Part shown: positions 1-10,970 of the stretch, piece by piece | How the letters are laid out: each line of letters opens with the position of its first letter | Position numbering within the stretch: position 1 is the first letter of the stretch | NCBI RefSeq assembly: GCF_003918875.1 | Contig: NW_025767357.1 | Span: 1,798,001-1,862,000, forward strand | Direction: 5' to 3' | From: Haliotis rubra | Lineage: Eukaryota | Length of the DNA: 64,000 bases | Translations under genes and position numbers: made by a program | Notes under the pieces: generated by a model | Databases searched by the model: none | The model's input: the letters and a program-made list of their open reading frames with translations, nothing else | Told to the model about the DNA's origin: nothing

Positions 1-459
1 CTAATCTTGTACTATATACTCTTAACATTTTGTGAACACAATCATATTTTTGTGCAATAAAGTATTTTATGTAATGATTTTGATTCTGTGCGACTAAGGT
101 TTTCGTCCTCTTTATATTTGAAAGTTTAAAGATGATGGTAAAAATAACTTTATATAAATTCCACGACGCAATGCTATCTGGAGTCTCTTTTGATAATGTG
201 TTATATGTGAAGGCGCCGAATACATTACATGGACTCAGTTCACACAGACACTGTGAAATGTGTTCACTGATGTCTTTGACGACGAAAACTTAGGGATGTG
301 AATTAGGTTTTTATCATATAATTTGCAACGACTGACAACCCTGACATATGGCTCTCTGACATTACCTCAGTTTTCAAGAAGCGAATTCCAGGGAGCATTA
401 ACAGATTCAGAATCCTTATGTTAACATCAATTCTGTCCATGTCGAGAGGATTGGACACT

Positions 460-1150
460 TCCGAGGCAGTACCTCACAGCCAACATGGCTGTCCATCGGT
501 TTCTGTGACATCTCTGTATACAGTCACTGCAAGACAAAGACGTTCATTATGAATGGAGTCAACAGTGTGGTGTAGCGTTGTCTTGTTGAAACAACTTCCT
601 CTGTTGATAATCGGAAGAAGATGACGTTGAAGAACTACCCATGTGTGATTTGCTCCCAGATTTCCCCGAACCACCAACACCAACACCACCACCACCAAGA
701 CAGTTCTGTGTGTAGGATATGGCTTCCTTCATCACATGTCGACCCTTGGAACGCAGTCTGGTGCACAGCGTTCATCTTGACGACGGAATACACGCTGTCC
801 GTCGTCTTGGCGTTGGAGAAGAAATCCTGATTCATCACTGCACCGCAAGTTTCTCATTGCCTGTACGGCGTTGCTCCACGCACCAGTTGACGACGATGCC
901 AACCCTTCAATACAAAGACGATACCGGTCTTGTGGTTTTATTTCTCGCTGATGAATCCTGGTTGTTTTGTCCAAGACCCCCTCAAACCTCGAACAAACCT
1001 GCAGTCCCGGTAGCAGTAGCATGTCGATGTGTCGATCTTGTGGAGGGAGGGATGGTGACCCTTGGTCTACCATCTTTGTTTGAGGCGGGTATGCCGACTC
1101 AACGAACAATAAATGATGCTCTGATGTACGTTGAATGTTTAATGGAAAAC
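460..1150 (-). mobile_element. Decayed Tc1-like transposase
   Basis: GRPRVT, SDESGFLLQRQDDGQRVFRRQDER and LFQQDNATPH motifs in shifting frames. Confidence 0.8.
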
Positions 1151-2199
1151 TAAATCAACATTCTCATTGTTCAATGCAATGCACTTCCCGTTTTGAAGAG
1201 TGCAAAACAAAATGAACTAAGGGCACTTAAGCTAATGAAGGAGCTTGCAATAACGTCAAGTTCAACTTCGAGACAGCGTGGAGTACGACGGTGGAAGGGT
1301 ATATGTGGATAGATTTGACTTGTCAACTCGGCTTGACGTACTAGAGCATCAAGTGGCTTTGGACGACTCCATCAAGTGCCACACATAAATGTAAAAAAGA
1401 TATCGAAAAGTAGGTCAGTGATGCGGCCGTTCGCAGGAGTCATGAGCGAATACTGTTGAAGACCGCGAGGAGACTTGGGTAGGTTGCATATTCTTCATCT
1501 CGTTATTGCATAGAAATACTTGTTTTCATGTGGGAATTCGTGATGAAATTGTAACGGAACACATGCTATTGTGTAGAAATACTATTGGCGTTTTACCACA
1601 TGTATGTGGAAATAGATTATTAACGAAATATTAAACATTTTCATTTTGTTACTTTGTGGAAATAGTACTTTTGGCTTTTTATCACCCAGTGATGTTTTAT
1701 GTGTGGGCATAGCAGAAATACATTTTTCTTCTTATTGCTGTGCAGCAATTCAGTTATTGTTGGCTTTTACGACATTTACAACCTGTTTTACTTACACACA
1801 TACACATCAGTGTGCACGTTTATTATTCTTGAACGCGAACCATATATCCTCATCTCATTATCCATATGCCAAGTATTCCCCAAACATTGCACAACTGTTT
1901 TATGGATCTGCCAGGCTTCTATCGGTAATAGCAATGATTTGAAATAATAATGAGCTGATGTGGTCATGTCATACTCTTCATGGCATGACTATTTTGTTAA
2001 GTCAGCCCTAAATCTGATTGAATAGTTTGTCCATCGATTAATCGTATGTATTCATACTTAATGAGAATAGGACACCGACAAATGACAAATGGTTGTCTGT
2101 TCTCTGGAGAGTAAACATGGAATAACACGCATGGCGTACTTCTACTTGTCAGAAACGTTTAGAATGTTGTATAGCATTCTCTTGTATGATATACTGAAA

Positions 2200-2717
2200 T
2201 GTTATATAGGATATTTATATAGCGCACATATCCAGGCAACTAGTGCATGCTCAAGGCGCTGGTATTATTTCCCTAAATCATTGGATGTCAATCTCTACGG
2301 CACTTCGTATTATCAATCTCAACTCCCTGGGGAGTATACAACTCTTGCTGCCACTAGGCGCACAGAGTTATTGTGGCTTTCTCATCCTAACGAGGTACCC
2401 ATTTACAGCTGGGTGGACTGGGACACATAGCCACAGTACTTTGTCCAACTTCACTGCACGTTGCTGTACCCGCAACTAGGTGTGTGCACGTATTCATGTG
2501 TCAACCATCTGGTCATATACCAACGGATTCGTGAGTTCATTTAAGTGCACAGGGTTGTGTACTGTACACTAGGGGTTGTGACTACACTGAAAGAGTCTGC
2601 ACACAAAGTTGACTCCAAGGTTTTTTACACCAAGTCACAGGTGGGCTCGATCCCGGCACCTCAACCTCGCTGGATCTGTAGCCTGGCCCCTTAGCCAGCT
2701 CGCCCACCGCGCCCCAC
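2200..2717 (-). mobile_element. Composite tRNA-derived SINE with L2-like tail
   Basis: tRNA-like head (GGCGAGCTGGCTAAGG..GGGATCGAGCCC), conserved-looking central domains including CCCAGTCCACCCAGCTGTAAATGGGTACC, and a 3' end GCGCCTTGAGCATGC..GGATATGTGCGCTATATAAAT similar to the L2 tails at 30.6 and 44.8 kb. Partial second copy at about 29200-29265. Confidence 0.7.
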
Positions 2718-3012
2718 ATAGACATGTTGTCGCAGGCTTTAGACCAAATAATAAAAGTTTCCAGCTTCCAAAAGTCGTAATGATTATTTTCGATCTCCTT
2801 CCTAAGATTTTAGATGCGACTCCTAGATTACGGAATCCGATCATAATGTTTTCGATAATAAATCGCCCACTTTGTGATCCATAGTTGTTCAGCCATGGTA
2901 GGTAAGCGTTTGTGATCTTGGTTAAAGGTTTTCTCCTTCCTAACATGATCATTAAACTGAACAGTGAAAAGCCTTATGAATCCACACCACTCACAATCGT
3001 TCAAGCTGAAGA

Positions 3013-3177
3013 GGCGCGTTGGGGTAGTCTAATGGTTAAAGCCTTCGTTTGTCATGCCCAAGACTCGGGTTCGATTCCCCACACGGGTACAATGTGTGAA
3101 GCCCTTTTCTGGTGTTCCCTGCCATGACGTTGCTGGAATATTGCTAAAAGCGGCGTAAAACTAAACTCACTCACTCA
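3013..3177 (+). mobile_element. SINE family A (short tRNA-derived, (ACTC)n tail)
   Basis: A box, B box GGTTCGATTCC, body GGGTACAATGTGTGAAGCCC, tail AAACTCACTCACTC. About ten copies in the window. Confidence 0.9.
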
Positions 3178-3668
3178 TAGGTTCTGAACCTGATGTTGAT
3201 ATTTGACATCTCATTTGATTCACATTTGCAACTATGACGCCCTAAAATGTCTTTAAACATCAGGATGACCATGTAATTCAAGCACTACAAACTCAATGTC
3301 ACCACAAGGCATCTCCAACACTAATGATCACAGCTCGAATCCTAGTCTGATTCATCCTATTGATGGTTCCATTTGTCAGCACCATACCGCCATTGATCAG
3401 TTTCACAGAAGTTGAAAAGTGAGAACCCTTCCATCAATAAGCGTTTTGTAAGATATACATCTTCATAAAAGTTAAACAACGCTAAATGTTTTCAGTCTAC
3501 AGAAACCCCGGCATGTTGGTCATATGGAATAATCGTGTTTTCTATACTGAACCAAGCAACAGCGAGGTATCATTGTTGCAACCAAAAGTCAACTGACATT
3601 TCTTCTGACCGATATCAGGCATCAACGTACCCATTTAAAACCCAAGCTTGCACCCAACAGGCAAAGGT

Positions 3669-4031
3669 GAGGTGAGGTGAGGTGAGGTGAAATTGTGTTT
3701 AACTTCGTGCTTGAGAATATTTTGCTAATATGACGACGTGCATGCGTGTGTATGTGTATGTGCGGCTGCTTGTATTAGCCCAGACTGAAGCTGGTTTTAT
3801 AGTGCTAGCCCACTGAGATACCATGCCGCAGTGAAGCATGAATACCCCACTCAGACACATTACTGACTCCGAGCCGACCAGTCCTTGTTGTACCCATTAA
3901 TGCCGAGCGCCAGGCAGGGACCAACAAGTACCATATTTTAACGTCTTTTGGTATGACGCGGTCGGGGATCGAACCCGCGACCTTCCGCTCTCCGGGCGGA
4001 CGCTCTAACCACTACACCACGGAGGCGGTCC
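3669..4031 (-). mobile_element. SINE family C (tRNA-derived, ~360 bp, (TCACC)n tail), full length
   Basis: A/B boxes; TSD CAGGCAAAGGT at 3658-3668 and 4032-4042; near-identical copies at 38.9 and 62.8 kb. Confidence 0.93.
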
Positions 4032-4941
4032 CAGGCAAAGGTTCAGGTCATGTCAGGCAAGTACATATTGCTGACAAAAGCATGATAGTGCACCCATGCA
4101 GGCTGCAGCACAATATCCTGTAGTCCTGAGAGTTACGCCAACAAGGCGCTGGTTGTAGGTGAGTGAGTTAAAATGTAATTTTACATAGGAAATATTTCAG
4201 CCATACCGCAGCGAGAACAGTTTTTGCATAAACGCTAGTTTATAAGTAAAGTAACTAAAGTCATGTCGCCAAAGAACAGTAAAACAGCTTGAGTATCACA
4301 GATTTGTATTTAAATCAAACATGAAATCATACAAAGCAATATCTATTTACAATACAATCACCATATCAAGGACCATGAGGACTTGTAGCACTTTTGCAAA
4401 ACACCTGGATTTACAGCAACGCTGCAGGTGTTGGCCTTCAAGCATCAAAAGAACATATATTCTACGATCAAAAGACTGGTAGACAAGGGTTCTCCTGCTC
4501 GACGTGGACTTTCATACATTATGCAAGGGACAATAATTTTGCAAAAGTGATAGGTGGTTAGAACAACATTCAAAACAAAACCAACAGGCGTGAGAACATG
4601 AATCACAGACACAATTCAGACATTGACAGAACGATGGATAATTAATGTTTCGTTTTGATCTTGATCTATTTGCATTGGTCATGAGAAATATGCAACAGTA
4701 AACGTGCATTGGTATACTACAATAACGTCTATGAAACAGTAATGATTAATAATAAACTGTTAAAGAACATATCGCATTACTAATAACTGTTTTGTATAGT
4801 GAGCGTCAGTTTAAGCATTGGAAGTTGTGTACTTGCAACAACATAAACAATGAGGCTCTAACACGTAACATGACAAAAAGTTGGAACATTAATGTAATTG
4901 TCAATGTCGCGGCTTACCATCTGTATTGTTGACCTGGAGAA

Positions 4942-6156
4942 TCAGTACAGTCCACACATGGCATAGAAGAAGGACATGCTGGCAAGAATGTTGACAATGG
5001 TGAACACCTTAAAGCCGAGTCTATCAAGCGCGGCAGCGATGTCCGACCCAAGAACCACTTTAATACCGGTGCTATCTCCATGTGTATCGGGAGCCTGGTC
5101 AATGGTTTTGACTTTGACTATGTCATCAGCAAGGATCTTGATCTTCTTGTCTGGCAAGAGATACGTCAGCAAGCGGGTTGCCCTTATGTACCTTGGGTCT
5201 CGGTGGTGGAATGCCAGGTTGACAACGGTGACGATGGTGGCCGCCATGCTGAGAAAGATTTCAGTAGCTAGATAGGCACTGAAGTAACATACTCCGTCTG
5301 AGTTCTCGGGAAGAGCGTCGTTGACGAGTGTGAGGAACACAGCATAGGAAAGCATAACAGAGATGCAGAGGGTGATCTTCTCTCCCGAGTTGGCAGGCAG
5401 AGCAAAGACGAGGGAGTTCAATAGAGACAGAAACACTATTGGCAGGATCATGTTGATAATGTAGAACAGGGTCTTACGTTTTATGTTTAAGGTGAATTCC
5501 ACACGGAAATGACGGCCCCTGTGTTGCCAAACCTTTTGTGGAACTATTTCTTCCAGCTCCCACTCGCCATTTTCCTCATACTTCATGTGCAATACCGGTT
5601 CTGGAGCTAGATCAAGGTTTACAATTTTCCTTTTACAGCTCAACTGCTGCAGGATCAGCTTGCAGGACTGGGTGTCGAAAGGATAGTGACGGACATCTAC
5701 CTTGCAGTAGGTCTTGTAAAAATCGCCAGGAAACCATACTATGGTACCTGTCGACTCCAGATAGACTTTCAAGTTCCTGTTACCAATTTGGCCGTAATTG
5801 GAAACGGCATTCTGCACGATGACGTCTGGGAGCCAGAGCTTGTCTGTTGGCACATAGATGACCTCCGTGTTGTATTCCTTCGGATTCCATTTGAGAAGAG
5901 GCTCCTTCCAAGTCAGGTCAAAAATGGCAGACAGACTTAGAACTTGATCCTTTTCGTTGAGATCCACCAACGAGTTAATACTCATCCAGACGTCAATGGT
6001 CCAGTTCGGAGAATTGTTTTGGTTTGGCCAAACCAGAGGGTCGTAATTCCTGAAGATATCTTTAAACAGTTGACTCTCGTTCTTTGGTACTGGCAAAGAT
6101 CCTGACAGTGCGGCACGACATACTGAAACAAGGACAACGAGCACACCCAGAAACAT
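4942..6156 (-). CDS. Atypical nAChR-like Cys-loop receptor subunit, group A copy 1 (404 aa, single coding exon)
   Basis: Signal peptide MFLGVLVVLVSVCRAALS; WLPDV loop A motif; Cys-loop CKVDVRHYPFDTQSC (C-x13-C); NGEWEL; M1 after KRKTLFY; SGEKITLCISVMLSYAVFL M2; M3; short cytoplasmic loop; M4 after LDRL. No YxCC in loop C. Confidence 0.95.
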   Translation of the reverse strand: MFLGVLVVLVSVCRAALSGSLPVPKNESQLFKDIFRNYDPLVWPNQNNSPNWTIDVWMSINSLVDLNEKDQVLSLSAIFDLTWKEPLLKWNPKEYNTEVIYVPTDKLWLPDVIVQNAVSNYGQIGNRNLKVYLESTGTIVWFPGDFYKTYCKVDVRHYPFDTQSCKLILQQLSCKRKIVNLDLAPEPVLHMKYEENGEWELEEIVPQKVWQHRGRHFRVEFTLNIKRKTLFYIINMILPIVFLSLLNSLVFALPANSGEKITLCISVMLSYAVFLTLVNDALPENSDGVCYFSAYLATEIFLSMAATIVTVVNLAFHHRDPRYIRATRLLTYLLPDKKIKILADDIVKVKTIDQAPDTHGDSTGIKVVLGSDIAAALDRLGFKVFTIVNILASMSFFYAMCGLY

Positions 6157-6585
6157 GTTGTGTGAACGCTGAATGAACTAATGATGTCTCTCTCAGGCAA
6201 TAACATATTTATCATAATAACGCTGGGTGTCTCCATTCACAGGGGGAGATTGGAAGGTACTTGATCTCGGGATGAGTCCTATAAGAAGATGACATTCGGA
6301 CATATTCTTTCAAATTGATACCTTGTAAAAGTTAAGTGTTATTTCTAACTGAAATTTATGAATGCCTGGACATCTGCTCCGTGAGAATAAAGAATATTAT
6401 AAGTAAAAACATCACCCCTTGGGAAATAGTAGACGTGTCCTCTTATAATTCGCATAGGCTATGGGAGCTTCACATACAATAACATCATCCCAGGCCAAAG
6501 AAATGTATTCATAGCCCAAACTGTTTAGTTTTCGTGATTCGGAGCGTTTGTTTAGTACAAGAGAACACAGTGACTCATTGTGGTC

Positions 6586-6593
6586 TGACGTCA
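6586..6593. promoter_or_regulatory. Putative CRE (TGACGTCA) upstream of group A copy 1; same site at 22864-22871 for copy 4
   Basis: Perfect palindrome at the homologous position in two diverged paralogues; reduced to CCCGTCA in copies 2 and 3. Confidence 0.35.
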
Positions 6594-7039
6594 AACTATT
6601 GTTCATTAATTTACCTTTGCGATTTTAGGAATTATTTTGTCATTACTGCACTTGCACGACTATCTTGTTAATTGTACCGTATAGTTACATGCAGGCGTTA
6701 AGGGATATGGCAAACCGTCCGCTTGAAGGCCAGGTGATGCATGCTTTTGGTATTTTCATACTCTTTAGTCGACGTCGTTCGAGCGACAATTAGCTGACAG
6801 TCAGCAGTTATTTATATATTTATATATTATGGAACGAAATGGAAAAAGATGATATCCAGACTGTAGATATTGCTTAGGTTTCAGTTTGAACCACATAGTG
6901 ACAACACGAATGATGTGAACAATAACGGGGATTCCAGCAGCTCGAGCTGTGCTGAAACGGGCCCCGATTCTGATAAAGTGAATAACACAGAATAGAGAGT
7001 ATATTAAGTTGTATGTTTCAGAAATTTATGATTATATTA

Positions 7040-7163
7040 TGGAATCCTAGAAGGGACATCGTCGCGTTGTCAAATTGTCGCGTTAAAGCGAAAAGGGGCA
7101 AAATTAACCAATGCGCGACAATGCGACCTTTTGGCCATTTGTAGCATTGTCCCTAGGATTCGA
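7040..7163. mobile_element. Small MITE-like inverted-repeat element
   Basis: Imperfect terminal inverted repeats TATGGAATCCTAG..GGGACA / TGTCCCTAGGATTCGATA with internal TGTCGCG/CGCGACA repeats. Confidence 0.45.
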
Positions 7164-7194
7164 TACTATTCAGTTCGAGCAACACTGTTGTATT

Positions 7195-8085
7195 AACGGG
7201 TTAGAATATTTATCTTCAGTAACCCATGCTTGTCGTGAAAGGCGACTAACGGGATCGGGTGGTCAGGCTCGCTGACTTGGTTGACACATGGGTGTCCTCC
7301 CATTTGTGACAACTCCCAGTTGTGAGACACATTAATTAATGGTTCAGTGCACACAGGTGGTGCTTTCCCATCCCTACGATGAAAGTGGGAACAGCCCTGT
7401 TGCTGAAGAGTACCCGCAGGAGGCATAGTTCATTGATGAGTTTATTAACACAGAAGACATTGTTCGTTGAAGAGCATTTATTGTTTTCAATAGATACTGA
7501 AATACTGAAAAAGATTATCGTGAACTGCTGATATATTCTACTTGTTGAAGGCCTGCCATAATTGTGATCGGAAAGAGCAGTCAAAGGTTAATAAATACAT
7601 TTGGATTAATTATTTTTACAACAGTTATTGCTAGATTTTTCAAACACGTAAATCTGAGTAGGTAAATTAATTTCTCTTTCAAATGATCACGAAGTTACCT
7701 ACACAAAGTGTTTATGTTTTTAAGCCATTTATCTGAGTAGGTTAATTACTTTATCTTTAAGAGTTTCATTAAGTTACCTCCACAAGATTCAGTTAAATAG
7801 CTAATCCATAATTAGCTGGGGTTTATCCATTCTATCAGATAGGGGAGTAAGGTGTGTTTTCTTTGCTAAGTACCTACTCCACTGTCTCACAACTGGGAGT
7901 CTCACAACTGGGAGTTCTCAGAAATGGGAGTAGACCGACACATGTCATCGGTTTCCAATTGCGCAGATCGATGCTCATGCTGTTGATCACTGGACTGTCT
8001 GGTCCAGACTCGATTATTTACAAACCACCGCCATATATCTGGAATATTGCTGAGTGCGGCGTAAAACTAAACTCACTCACTCACT
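7195..8085 (+). mobile_element. SINE-like family B copy (7195-7290 plus 7937-8085) split by a nested MITE
   Basis: GGGTTAGAAT..CCCATGCTTGTCGT..AGGCGACTAACGGGATCGGGTGGTCAGGCTCGCTGACTTGGTTGACACATG resumes as TCATCG..GATCGATGCTCATGCTGTTGATCACTGG after the insert. Confidence 0.88.
7291..7936. mobile_element. Non-autonomous DNA transposon (646 bp) with ~38-bp TIRs and 8-bp TSD
   Basis: TIRs GGTGTCCTCCCATTTGTGACAACTCCCAGTTGTGAGAC / GGTCTACTCCCATTTCTGAGAACTCCCAGTTGTGAGAC; TSD GACACATG at 7283-7290 and 7937-7944. Confidence 0.9.
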
Positions 8086-8139
8086 TACTCTTTGTTGTAT
8101 AAAAGGGAGACCATGATAGGAATCTTATTGCACTACACG

Positions 8140-8310
8140 TGGCTCTTTTTGATAGTCTGGGCACGTGCGCTCACGTTTTCTCGTAATTCATGGGAAGCGC
8201 AATGCAGCGTGATATCATGACATGTTCTTGTCGAGGATCTGGTGCCGATCATGGCTGGTCGTGGTCCAGGCCTCCAGTTCCAAGATGACAATGCAATACA
8301 GAACAAGCCG
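8140..8310 (+). mobile_element. Decayed Tc1-like transposase fragment
   Basis: RSRFLVIHGKRNAA*YHD then VLVEDLVPIMAGRGPGLQFQDDNA, matching the region around the second catalytic Asp. Confidence 0.65.
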
Positions 8311-8987
8311 CAGTACTTTATTCCGAGTCCCTATCATATCAACTGTTGACTGTGGAGGGTGCACCAAGCGCACCTTAATGCCTAATCCTGTTCTACTGTA
8401 CGCTCATTACGTCCATAAACCAGATGTATCCACAAGCCACACACCTTGTTCTTTTGGTCATAAAGTGACACATGTGAAATTTCCTTTTGTACTTAGGACC
8501 CACTATGATCCGGGATAGAATTGGCATCTCAGGAACCCATGCTTGTCGTAAGAGCAATATAGATATTGTAAATTCAACAGCTCGTTAACGGAGAACATGT
8601 ATTCAATGTCATTACGTCCATAAATGGTCGTGCAGGCCTCCAGTAAAATTACTATTATATTTAGTTGCAGGTGGCGCCAGTAACATAATAAAATATATAT
8701 ATATTATCAACCGACGCCTAACCCACACTTTTGATAAGAATCATTCTTTTATAAAAATGTGCAATATCGTCCGTATCTGACCACCTTATATTCACAGGCG
8801 TATATTCTGGCCAAAAGGTATCTCGGGGCACTTCTTCAAAAACAGGAAATTGCGTTAAATTTATAGATTACACTCATTGATCAAATGAACCTTTCATTTA
8901 GTGCAATTCAAATTACTAGAGAAAATACCTAATACATTTCAGTGACTACAATGACAGAAAACGTGTATTGTATTTCTATCACCAATC

Positions 8988-9053
8988 GAATCGAACCCGA
9001 GTCTTCGGCATGACGAGCGAACGCTTTAACCACTAGGCTACCCCACCGCCCCC
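8988..9053 (-). mobile_element. SINE family A, 5' part
   Basis: GGGCGGTGGGGTAGCCTAGTGGTTAAAGCGTTCGCTCGTCATGCCGAAGACTCGGGTTCGATTC on the minus strand. Confidence 0.85.
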
Positions 9054-9400
9054 GTGAGAACATGAATCGCAGACAAATCAGACATTGACAAAAGGAAGGA
9101 TTATTAAAATTTTGTTCTCGATCCTGATCTATAAATACATTGGTAGTGAGCAATACACAATGTGCGAAACAGTAAACAATCACTAATTTATGAAACAGTG
9201 ATGATTATTAATAAACTGTTAGAGAACATTTTGCAATATTAATCATTGTTTTGTTAAGCGAGAGTCAACTTAAGTCTTGGAAGTTGTGTAGTTTGCAACA
9301 GTGTACATTATGAGAGTACAACAAGTAAAAGGTTTTAAGGAACAACATCACTTTAAATGTCAATTTCACGTCTTACTATATGTATTGTTGACCTGGAGAA

Positions 9401-10621
9401 TCAGTACAGTCCACACATGGCATAGAAGAAGAACATGCTGGCAACAATGTTGACAATGGTGAACACCTTAAAGCCGAGTCTATCCAGCGCAGCAGCGATG
9501 TCCGACCCAAGAACCACTTTAATCCCTGTGCCTTCTTCGTGCGTATCGGGAGCCTGGTCAGTGGTTTTGACTTTGACTATGTCATCAGCAAGGATCTTGA
9601 TCTTCTTGTCTGGCAAGAGATACGTCAGCAAGCGGGTTGCCCTTATGTACCTTTGGTCTCGGTGGTGGAAGGCGAGGATGACAACGGTGACTATGGTGGC
9701 CACCATGCTGAGAAAGACTTCAGTAGCTAGATAGGCACTGAAGTAACATACTCCGTCTGAGTTCTCGGGAAGAGCGTCGTTGACGAGTGTGAGGAACACA
9801 GCATAGGAAAGCATAACAGAGATGCAGAGGGTGATCTTCTCTCCCGAGTTGGCAGGCAGAGCAAAGACGAGGGAGTTCAATAGAGACAGAAACACTATTG
9901 GCAGGATCATGTTGACAATGTAGAACAGGGTTTTACGTTTTATGTTTAAGGTGAATTCCACCCGGAAATGTCGGCTTCTGTGTTGCCAAACCTTTTGTGG
10001 AACTATTTCTTCCAGCTCCCACTCCCCATTTTCCTCATAATTCATGTGCAATACTGGTTCTGGAGCTAGATCAAGGTTTACAATCTTCTTTTCACAGCTC
10101 AACGGCTGCAGGATCAGGTTGCAGGACTGGGTGTCGAACGGATAGTGACGGACATCTACCTTACAGTAGGTCTTGTAAAAGTCCCCAGGAAACCATATTA
10201 TGGTACCTGTCGACTCCAGATAGACTTTCAAGTTCCTGTTACCAATTTGGCCGTAATTGGAAACGGCGTTCTGCACGATGACATCTGGGAGCCAGAGCTT
10301 GTCTGTTGGCACATAGATGACCTCCGTGTTGTATTCCTTCGGATCCCATTTGAGAAGAGGCTCCTTCCACGTCAGTCCAAACATGGCTGACAGACTTAGA
10401 ACTTGATCCTTTTCGCTGAGATCCACCAACGAGTTAATACTCATCCAGACGTCAATGCTCCAGTTCAATGAATTGTTTTGGTTTGGCCAAACCAGAGGGT
10501 CGTAATTCCTGAAGATATCTTTAAACAGCTGACTCTCGTTCTTTGGTACAGGCAAAGTTTCGGGGCCCGACATTTCTGCATGACATACTGAAACAAGGAC
10601 AACGAGCACACCCAGAAACAT
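9401..10621 (-). CDS. Atypical nAChR-like subunit, group A copy 2 (406 aa from MFLGV; an in-frame ATG at 10690 would add 23 aa)
   Basis: Close paralogue of copy 1 with the same motifs and an intact ORF. Start placed at the signal-peptide Met shared by all four copies. Confidence 0.93.
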   Translation of the reverse strand: MFLGVLVVLVSVCHAEMSGPETLPVPKNESQLFKDIFRNYDPLVWPNQNNSLNWSIDVWMSINSLVDLSEKDQVLSLSAMFGLTWKEPLLKWDPKEYNTEVIYVPTDKLWLPDVIVQNAVSNYGQIGNRNLKVYLESTGTIIWFPGDFYKTYCKVDVRHYPFDTQSCNLILQPLSCEKKIVNLDLAPEPVLHMNYEENGEWELEEIVPQKVWQHRSRHFRVEFTLNIKRKTLFYIVNMILPIVFLSLLNSLVFALPANSGEKITLCISVMLSYAVFLTLVNDALPENSDGVCYFSAYLATEVFLSMVATIVTVVILAFHHRDQRYIRATRLLTYLLPDKKIKILADDIVKVKTTDQAPDTHEEGTGIKVVLGSDIAAALDRLGFKVFTIVNIVASMFFFYAMCGLY

Positions 10622-10962
10622 GTTAAATGAACTGATGATGTCTTTCCCAGGCGATAGCACGTCTATGATTAAAATGTTGGGTGTCTCCATTTATCAGGGA
10701 GAATCGAAGGTACTTTATGTCAGAAGACACCCTTTTAAAGAAGATGCCATCCATTCGTATTCTTTCATATTTACAAAGAGCCAAGTGTTATTATTCATAA
10801 TTGTACTTCATTAATGCCATGACATCAGCGATAGCGACAATAGATAATATTTAAAGTAAAAATATTACCCCTTGGGAAACAGTAGACTTGTCCTCTCACA
10901 ATGTGCAGAGGCTGTGGGCGCTTGAAATATAATAGGAAGCATTATCTCAAACTAAAAAAATG

Positions 10963-10970
10963 TATTTATA
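10963..10970 (-). promoter_or_regulatory. Putative TATA box for group A copy 2 (equivalent at 16718-16725 for copy 3)
   Basis: GGGCTATAAATAC about 340 bp upstream of the signal-peptide ATG, inside a block conserved among group A copies. Confidence 0.4.

Noticed and set aside
621-830. Poly-His ORF
   Set aside because: Antisense of the GGT-rich (GGG.VMVWG) segment of a decayed Tc1 transposase.
4976-5275. 99-aa antisense ORF (and 63, 81-84 and 94 aa ORFs) recurring in the group A copies
   Set aside because: Shadow frames of recently duplicated CDSs. Recurrence follows from nucleotide identity, and no domain is recognisable.
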